Below, piece after piece: positions 26,353 to 31,304 of a stretch of DNA of 31,304 bases. How positions within the stretch are numbered: position 1 is the first letter of the stretch; every line of letters starts with the position of its first letter. The notes beneath the pieces are model-generated. The model ran no database searches. It was not told the origin of the DNA and saw only the letters and a program-made list of their open reading frames with translations. The stretch comes from a virus. Lineage: Duplodnaviria > Caudoviricetes. Both the position numbers and the translations under genes were made by a program. The stretch lies in IMG/VR virus record IMGVR_UViG_3300037422_000060, positions 1 through 31,304 of that record. One strand, written 5' to 3'.

Positions 26353-26663
26353 GCGGCACCCCCGGGCATGGTCACAGTGGGTGCGCTGGCACTAGATGGG
26401 GAAAGGGTGCCAGCCTGCTTGCGATCTGTCAACTTTCGGGGGCGCCCGCGCGTCTCGCGCCGCGTGTCGCGCTCAGCTTTCATGCACTCGTCAAGCGGAT
26501 AGTACACGCGTCCGCTATTGGGTAGTTTCACGGACCTCACGCGCGGCTCCTTGCCCTTGCGGGACTTAGCCCACTCGCGTACACAGTCTATAGTGATATC
26601 ACTTCCTAGACGTTCCGCGATTTCTTCCGCACTTCCCCAGTCTCGCCCCGCAACCGTGATCAC
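26349..26663 (-). CDS. HTH DNA-binding protein (MerR/excisionase-like)
   Basis: SAEEIAERLG....DCVREWA....GRVYYPL motif. GTGA/ATGA coupling on both sides. Confidence 0.75.
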   Translation of the reverse strand: MITVAGRDWGSAEEIAERLGSDITIDCVREWAKSRKGKEPRVRSVKLPNSGRVYYPLDECMKAERDTRRETRGRPRKLTDRKQAGTLSPSSASAPTVTMPGGAA

Positions 26664-27547
26664 AGTACGATCCCCGTTCCGCGCATATCTAGCGTGTACA
26701 TTCCGTTTGGATTCCGGACAGCCCGTCCTGCGCCAACCCGCTCAATGTTACGCGTAACGAAATCTGTCGCGCGCCGCGCAGCCCCATCTGAGTGATCAAT
26801 CAGATTCATTGATTCGGGCTTACCGCGCCATCCTTGCGCATCCCAGATCACGGCACCTTTGCCATGGATTTCCATACCGCACTTGCACATTAGGTGGTCC
26901 CCCGTGCAAAGACAGCGGTTCTCACACGTGATACTCCATGTTGCACTCGGCCCACTCGTCCATAGCAAAAGGGACCGTTGCTTGCAACATGGTGCCTCAA
27001 TGCCGACCAACGGCACCATGTCAGCATCCCATGAGCGTGTCACCTTGCGCGCTACTCGATCGGCGCTCGCAACAGTCCCGTACACGTCCCATGCCTGCGC
27101 AGGGCTCATGAGTGGAAGACAGGTGGAAATGTAAAGCCTCGCGGCTTGCTCAACGTTCGCGTTTGCGAAGTCAATCCACTCACGAGACCATGCAAGTAGC
27201 GAATGTAAGCGCATGGTGCTAGCCGTTAGCCACTGGGCGCCACCAAGTGCCGCATGACCGGCAATGCTCGCCTCAATCAGGGCTGAACTGACGGGAACCT
27301 TCCCGGTGCCGGCAGGCTTCCCGCCTCGCTGCATTGTTTCGACGCGCTCTGCGCGTTCCTCGGCCACCTGTGCACCTTGAGCCGCAATCGCGCGCGGTGT
27401 AAGCGTGCGACCAGGACGAGTGTGATTGTCTGCCGGGGTAGGTCGACTGTGCGCCATGAGCTGTTTAGCGACAGGCAAGTGATAATACAGTGCCCGGTGC
27501 AATGAATTAACCGCAAGACGGGCACGGAGCGCATGTGGGTGCATCAT
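26660..27547 (-). CDS. Cys-rich hypothetical protein, putative late-gene regulator
   Basis: Probable start at 27547 (GAGG upstream). PCCKQRSL...CENRCLC...CKC zinc-binding cluster. First gene upstream of the packaging genes. Confidence 0.6.
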   Translation of the reverse strand: MMHPHALRARLAVNSLHRALYYHLPVAKQLMAHSRPTPADNHTRPGRTLTPRAIAAQGAQVAEERAERVETMQRGGKPAGTGKVPVSSALIEASIAGHAALGGAQWLTASTMRLHSLLAWSREWIDFANANVEQAARLYISTCLPLMSPAQAWDVYGTVASADRVARKVTRSWDADMVPLVGIEAPCCKQRSLLLWTSGPSATWSITCENRCLCTGDHLMCKCGMEIHGKGAVIWDAQGWRGKPESMNLIDHSDGAARRATDFVTRNIERVGAGRAVRNPNGMYTLDMRGTGIVL

Positions 27548-27640
27548 GGTGACTTTTCCTCTCCGACACATACGCACGCGCAAGTGCCGATCATCAACAT
27601 GAACGTTAATGGACAGCATTCACTAGAATGTGTCCGCTGG

Positions 27641-27689
27641 GAAATAAGTCTACGGCCCTACTGGTATGGTTCGCCAGTAGGGCCGTAGA
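27641..27689 (-). terminator. Rho-independent terminator separating early genes from the late operon
   Basis: Perfect 16-bp stem TCTACGGCCCTACTGG/CCAGTAGGGCCGTAGA, followed on the minus strand by CTTATTTC. Confidence 0.82.
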
Positions 27690-27708
27690 TCAGTGCGGGA
27701 GGTGGCCG

Positions 27709-28041
27709 TCAGTAGGTTGATGACGCCCGGTCGATAGCATCAAGCTTCCTTGCCATCGCATCCATGTTGTATTTCATGTTTGTGACATCTCGCTGTAATC
27801 CACCAATGCGGGCCATGCTGGACGTGTTTGCGTTGTTCATTCGGGCAATCTCTGTGCGCTGTGCCTCGATGCACCCATGCAACATGTTCACTTGAGCTCG
27901 TAACTTGCGCACGGCGCGCGCTCTAACGTCATCCCCACCCTTGATAAGTCCGGCATACTTTACTCCGAACCATGCAAGTCCAGCGGCACAAATCCCGATC
28001 ACAAGTGCAACTACCGGGACGGCGAGCATTTCCATTCTCAT
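27709..28041 (-). CDS. Hypothetical membrane protein (N-terminal TM plus coiled coil)
   Basis: Hydrophobic N-terminus, heptad-like C-terminus and an AAGGGGG RBS. Confidence 0.7.
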   Translation of the reverse strand: MRMEMLAVPVVALVIGICAAGLAWFGVKYAGLIKGGDDVRARAVRKLRAQVNMLHGCIEAQRTEIARMNNANTSSMARIGGLQRDVTNMKYNMDAMARKLDAIDRASSTY

Positions 28042-28184
28042 GTGACTACCCCCTTAAGCCAAACAATGTCAATCTTCACCGCACTTACCCCCTTCCCCGG
28101 GACCATCAACCAGGCGATAAACCCACGTGCACCACCAGGCACCATGCAACCGAACATTAGGGCAAGCGGTTCAGCGGATGTCAC
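28038..28184 (-). CDS. Small hypothetical protein (48 aa)
   Basis: GTG at 28184 in the frame of ORF 28038..28271. The stop overlaps the next ATG. Confidence 0.45.
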   Translation of the reverse strand: MTSAEPLALMFGCMVPGGARGFIAWLMVPGKGVSAVKIDIVWLKGVVT

Positions 28185-28290
28185 AATCATTCCCGTTCTT
28201 CGCATAAAAGAGAATGTAGGCGGTCCAGTAACCAGCACAACCGCCGAACAAGGTACCCAGGACAACCCCACCCCAAAATTCGATGCTCAT
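28171..28290 (-). CDS. Small membrane peptide (39 aa, not in the ORF track)
   Basis: ATGA overlap with the upstream stop. Translates as MSIEFWGGVVLGTLFGGCAGYWTAYILFYAKNGNDCDIR*. Confidence 0.55.
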   Translation of the reverse strand: MSIEFWGGVVLGTLFGGCAGYWTAYILFYAKNGNDCDIR

Positions 28291-28634
28291 TGCTTGTTGC
28301 CCTGCTCGCACTGACGGAGCACCTTGATCTGCTTCTCGATCTCCTCCGCAACTGCCTTACCGCTCGGTACGGCAAAGGCGCCCTTGGTGTACGCCACAAA
28401 GTTCAGGACTCCATCAAGTCCGATGCGATACACTATCATCCGCTGAGTGAGTGCATGATTCGAGCGCACGGTCTCGCCCATGACAACGTTCATGATGGTG
28501 AGCTGTTCACGAATGACTGCAACAATGGACGTAATCGAGGCACGTTCGTTCCTCTCGGCGTTCTTCTCAGCAATCCGAGCAAGCTCGTCCAGGCCATCCA
28601 TGATCAAGGCTACTGCCGCGCCCTGCTGTGCCAT
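28287..28634 (-). CDS. Hypothetical helical protein
   Basis: AGGGGG RBS, downstream of a promoter-like sequence. Confidence 0.7.
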   Translation of the reverse strand: MAQQGAAVALIMDGLDELARIAEKNAERNERASITSIVAVIREQLTIMNVVMGETVRSNHALTQRMIVYRIGLDGVLNFVAYTKGAFAVPSGKAVAEEIEKQIKVLRQCEQGNKQ

Positions 28635-28673
28635 GTCAACCCCCTATGGCTTGACTCCCTGCCTTGCACCTTC

Positions 28674-28701
28674 ACTATAGCACATCGACACCGGCATGCA
28701 A
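28674..28701 (-). promoter_or_regulatory. sigma70/HrdB-like promoter
   Basis: TTGCAT-16 nt-TATAGT with an extended -10 (TGC TATAGT). Confidence 0.6.
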
Positions 28702-28713
28702 CCCCCCCCTGGA

Positions 28714-28775
28714 CATAGAAGAGGGGTGTCTCCGGTACCGCGCTCGCTGTATGCGCGATCCACCGGAGACACCCC
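28714..28775 (-). terminator. Terminator-like hairpin
   Basis: 14-bp perfect stem GGGGTGTCTCCGGT (28723-28736) / ACCGGAGACACCCC (28762-28775), followed on the minus strand by TCTTCTATG. Confidence 0.65.
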
Positions 28776-28805
28776 GAGGGAGGGAGTCAATCACCCTCTT
28801 GCATA

Positions 28806-29039
28806 CTACTCACTATTTGCTCGGTGGACAATGTGCCCGTCAGGGGTCACGGCCATGTCATGGCCATCAATCTCTGACGTCAGGAACGCGCTGGCAACCC
28901 TCATGACCTCTTTCTCTTCCTCTGTCTCAAGGTCGCGCGCCCCGAAGACTGACACAACCCCATGCACTCGTCCCTCAACTTCCGGACTAGTGGCCATGCG
29001 GATAAGCACCAAGTAACCCCGCTCGCAAGTCTGGCACAT
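28806..29039 (-). CDS. Hypothetical protein (77 aa)
   Basis: TAATG coupling with the upstream gene. Confidence 0.65.
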   Translation of the reverse strand: MCQTCERGYLVLIRMATSPEVEGRVHGVVSVFGARDLETEEEKEVMRVASAFLTSEIDGHDMAVTPDGHIVHRANSE

Positions 29040-29617
29040 TAGTTAACCGCCCTCTCTTTCTTCTTCGGGGTGCGCGCCTGCGCGCTTGCGCGCTGCCCTG
29101 CCAGCTTTGCACGGCGCCTAGCTGACTCCACCAAGATGCGGTTCCGTATCTCTTGCTCTGTCGAAATCAAGAACTCCTTGATCACTGTATTGCTAAGGAA
29201 TACGGGGAGGGTAGTTGCACTAAGCTGACCAACGTACCCCTCATTGACTCTCCATGGCTTATTTCCGCCATCCGACCACCACGATACGTGCATGGTGCAC
29301 AGGGCGCGCCGAACACCACAAACGACCGTGTGTCGATCATATTCGTACGGTTGAAGCCCATCCCCCACTTTACGCCGCGAGCGCACACGAGCAATCGCAT
29401 ACCCGTAACGCACTTGCCAGCCGTGCGCATTTGCCAGCGTGCCAAACCTCACCAGCATGACAGGCATGGGTACCCCATCGGGCCATGGGTCACGTGTCGT
29501 TCGACTCGGAGGGGGGGGCGCGAAAAGCTCTTCCTTCTCTGCATTCCGGCCACGCCTAATGTGCGCCCAATACTCTGGAGTGTTGAAATCCGGAAGTTCA
29601 GCCGCGGCGCTTGTCAC
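29039..29617 (-). CDS. Hypothetical protein
   Basis: Probable GTG start at 29617 after GGGAAGG, in the frame of ORF 29039..29692. Confidence 0.6.
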   Translation of the reverse strand: MTSAAAELPDFNTPEYWAHIRRGRNAEKEELFAPPPPSRTTRDPWPDGVPMPVMLVRFGTLANAHGWQVRYGYAIARVRSRRKVGDGLQPYEYDRHTVVCGVRRALCTMHVSWWSDGGNKPWRVNEGYVGQLSATTLPVFLSNTVIKEFLISTEQEIRNRILVESARRRAKLAGQRASAQARTPKKKERAVN

Positions 29618-30056
29618 TTGGCACCTTCCCGATTGTGTTACCCAAAACCTGACGCGCGGGCGGATTGTTAGCGTAGCCGAGCGCGCGCGCAAGCGCTGCC
29701 GCGTCCAGCCACCCCAGAATCCGGTTACACGACTTATCCCCAGTCACGCACAGTAGACCGCGGACTTCGCCAGTCAGGTGATTGTGGTCTACGCCGAGTT
29801 TTCCGGGGTGCTTAACCTTTTGGCAAATCGCACACCGCCCACCCTGTGCGGCATACAATGCTCGCCACTCCTCTTCGGTAAGATTGTACCGACGGAGAAT
29901 ATTCGCCCAAAAGGCGACAGCCTTATCTTTCTTGAGCTTGCCGCTGTGGTGCTCCCCGCACCGTGGTCCGGGGTGCGGTGCGTGACGAATGTCCTCGGGC
30001 TTGCATTCCTTACAGCGTCTCGCTTTAGCCTCCGTGGCAATGTGCGCGGTAGTCAT
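29598..30056 (-). CDS. Recombination endonuclease VII (Holliday junction resolvase-like)
   Basis: RRYNLT..EW..LY..QGGRCAIC....LGVDHNH.TGEVRGLLC...CN..LG motif. Confidence 0.92.
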   Translation of the reverse strand: MTTAHIATEAKARRCKECKPEDIRHAPHPGPRCGEHHSGKLKKDKAVAFWANILRRYNLTEEEWRALYAAQGGRCAICQKVKHPGKLGVDHNHLTGEVRGLLCVTGDKSCNRILGWLDAAALARALGYANNPPARQVLGNTIGKVPSDKRRG

Positions 30057-30358
30057 TTGGGCTCCCAATCCATGTACTTGCTACTGATCTTGTACTCAAC
30101 ACGGTGACGCTTCGGTGTACCGCCCGCCCGCGTCTGCGCGTCCAGGATGCCAGCGTTCGCAGCGTTGTAGAGCAACCCGAGCGCAGTGCGCCGGTTGCAC
30201 GGAATCTTGTCACCTAGACGGAAAATAATCTCCGTGCCTGCGTGCCATTCATCAGTGTGGACCTTGAGGAACTGCCAGATCGCTGCCCATGCGGGACCGA
30301 TCAATTCACCCGCGCTTGGGTAAGGCTTACCCTCCGCGAAGTCCGGTGCTTTGACCAT
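30053..30358 (-). CDS. Hypothetical protein, probable winged helix
   Basis: AGGAGGAG RBS. AIWQFL...EI...RTALGLLY.AANAGIL......YKI pattern. Confidence 0.65.
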   Translation of the reverse strand: MVKAPDFAEGKPYPSAGELIGPAWAAIWQFLKVHTDEWHAGTEIIFRLGDKIPCNRRTALGLLYNAANAGILDAQTRAGGTPKRHRVEYKISSKYMDWEPK

Positions 30359-30388
30359 CGGTACTCCTCCTGTTGTGCCTGCTCGTGC

Positions 30389-30435
30389 ACTATAGCAGAG
30401 CGCCCTGGATCCTGTATAGGAATCCAGGGCACTCT
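30389..30435 (-). promoter_or_regulatory. Extended -10 element (TGCTATAGT) overlapped by an inverted repeat
   Basis: CACTATAGCA at 30388-30397 is identical to 28673-28682. Inverted repeat AGAGCGCCCTGGAT/ATCCAGGGCACTCT at 30397-30435. Confidence 0.5.
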
Positions 30436-30480
30436 ATCGTGTCCGCCTCGGCGCGCGTATTAGCAGGACTTCGCGAAACC

Positions 30481-31179
30481 TCATTTGGCACCACGCACTA
30501 CGGTCGTAAGGACATCGGGCAGGGCATCGTAAGTGCGCCCGTTGTTACACTCGATGGTCACGTTCGCCTTCCCGCTATAGCAATTAAACTGAACTTTCGT
30601 AATTCGCACCGGGACATTGTGAAGCACAATGACTATTCCGGGTTTGAGTGACTTCGCCTGGGTGGAAACTCGCCGATGGTACCAGCCGGAGTGGTCCAGC
30701 CTGTAAATCTCGCACCCGCCTAGGGTCACATAGTGAACGCGCCGCGAGCGAGTGAACAGAGTCGCGTTGCCGGCCGGGTGGTGCTCTACGTGATCAACGG
30801 TCTGAACGGTGAAGGGGGTGCTGCTGACCGGAACAATTACCCGATCCCCGGGCTGGACCTCTTTTACGTCCACAAACTCACCAGACGAAATCGCGTCCGC
30901 ATTAGGCTTCCTGCACTGGGGGCAAGTGACCTCGGCGCGCTTCATGGTGGTGTGCTCAGGCTTGATGCCGAGCGAACCAACTAGGCGCGAGCAACGAGTC
31001 CGGCGCGCCCGCTTATTGCCCACGTGATGGATCGCAGGGGCGGTGCGGCGCGCGTCATCCTCGGCGCACAGCTTCGCGTCCTGCTCTTTGACACCGGCGG
31101 GCACGTCATACTGAGGATTGCCCTTGGTGTCGATCGGGGCGTCCAACCGCTCGCGCATCTCGTTCGTGATCTCGATCAT
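30481..31179 (-). CDS. Hypothetical protein with a zinc finger and two SH3/KOW-like repeats
   Basis: Probable ATG at 31179 after GAGGGAG. H...C...VTCPQC motif, then VKEVQPGDRVIV and AKSLKPGIVIVL repeats. Confidence 0.65.
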   Translation of the reverse strand: MIEITNEMRERLDAPIDTKGNPQYDVPAGVKEQDAKLCAEDDARRTAPAIHHVGNKRARRTRCSRLVGSLGIKPEHTTMKRAEVTCPQCRKPNADAISSGEFVDVKEVQPGDRVIVPVSSTPFTVQTVDHVEHHPAGNATLFTRSRRVHYVTLGGCEIYRLDHSGWYHRRVSTQAKSLKPGIVIVLHNVPVRITKVQFNCYSGKANVTIECNNGRTYDALPDVLTTVVRGAK

Positions 31180-31218
31180 TTCAGCTCCCTCGCTCGTTCT
31201 GTCCCGCCCTACACCCTC

Positions 31219-31248
31219 ACTATACACAACGAGAGGGTGGGGTGTCAA
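31219..31248 (-). promoter_or_regulatory. Near-consensus sigma70/HrdB promoter
   Basis: TTGACA-18 nt-TATAGT, about 40 nt upstream of the ATG at 31179. Confidence 0.8.
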
Positions 31249-31256
31249 GGTGCGCC

Positions 31257-31294
31257 AAAGCAGCCCGGCGCTCTAGTGGGCCACCGGGCTGTTT
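31257..31294. terminator. Possible weak bidirectional terminator
   Basis: Stem CAGCCCGG/CCGGGCTG with AAAG before and TTT after. Confidence 0.45.
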
Positions 31295-31304
31295 CAGGGG
31301 GGGG

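Larger units (their letters stand above)
1..31304. mobile_element. Actinobacterial siphovirus (phage, prophage or phage-plasmid) genome segment
   Basis: Complete packaging, head, tail and lysis gene set in canonical order, with no recognisable host housekeeping genes. Confidence 0.95.

Noticed and set aside
4701-27689. Shared CTACGGCCC core in the terminators at about 4700 and 27650
   Set aside because: A 9-bp GC-rich match between two terminator stems is too short to support a common function.
31297-31304. G8 run at the window end as a genome terminus signal
   Set aside because: It is truncated by the window and could be a sequencing artefact or a simple homopolymer, so it cannot be evaluated.

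Overview
This window is about 31 kb of a tailed actinobacterial phage (siphovirus-type) or phage-plasmid. The endolysin and tail proteins suggest a filamentous actinomycete host (inference). The minus strand runs from 31179 down to 4860: small early genes with sigma70-like promoters, endonuclease VII, a Cys-rich putative late regulator, terminase small and large subunits, an Acb2/Tad1-like protein, portal, MuF-like minor capsid, scaffold, major capsid, head-tail joining genes, tail tube, a tail chaperone with a -1 frameshift, tape measure, Dit, minor tail proteins, a beta-helix tailspike, a GH25 endolysin and holin. The plus strand (1-4680) carries a convergent module resembling Streptomyces plasmid transfer/spread loci: a repeat-containing HTH protein, a membrane-anchored FtsK/TraB-like translocase, several small membrane proteins and a GIY-YIG nuclease with a C-terminal TM helix. 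The most notable points are this translocase module on a virion-encoding genome, a perfect 35-bp inverted repeat with an AT-rich spacer inside the tail operon, an anti-defence sponge candidate between terL and portal, and an internal translation start in the endolysin. No integrase or replicase is visible in the window. All protein calls come from motif recognition and synteny, not database searches.
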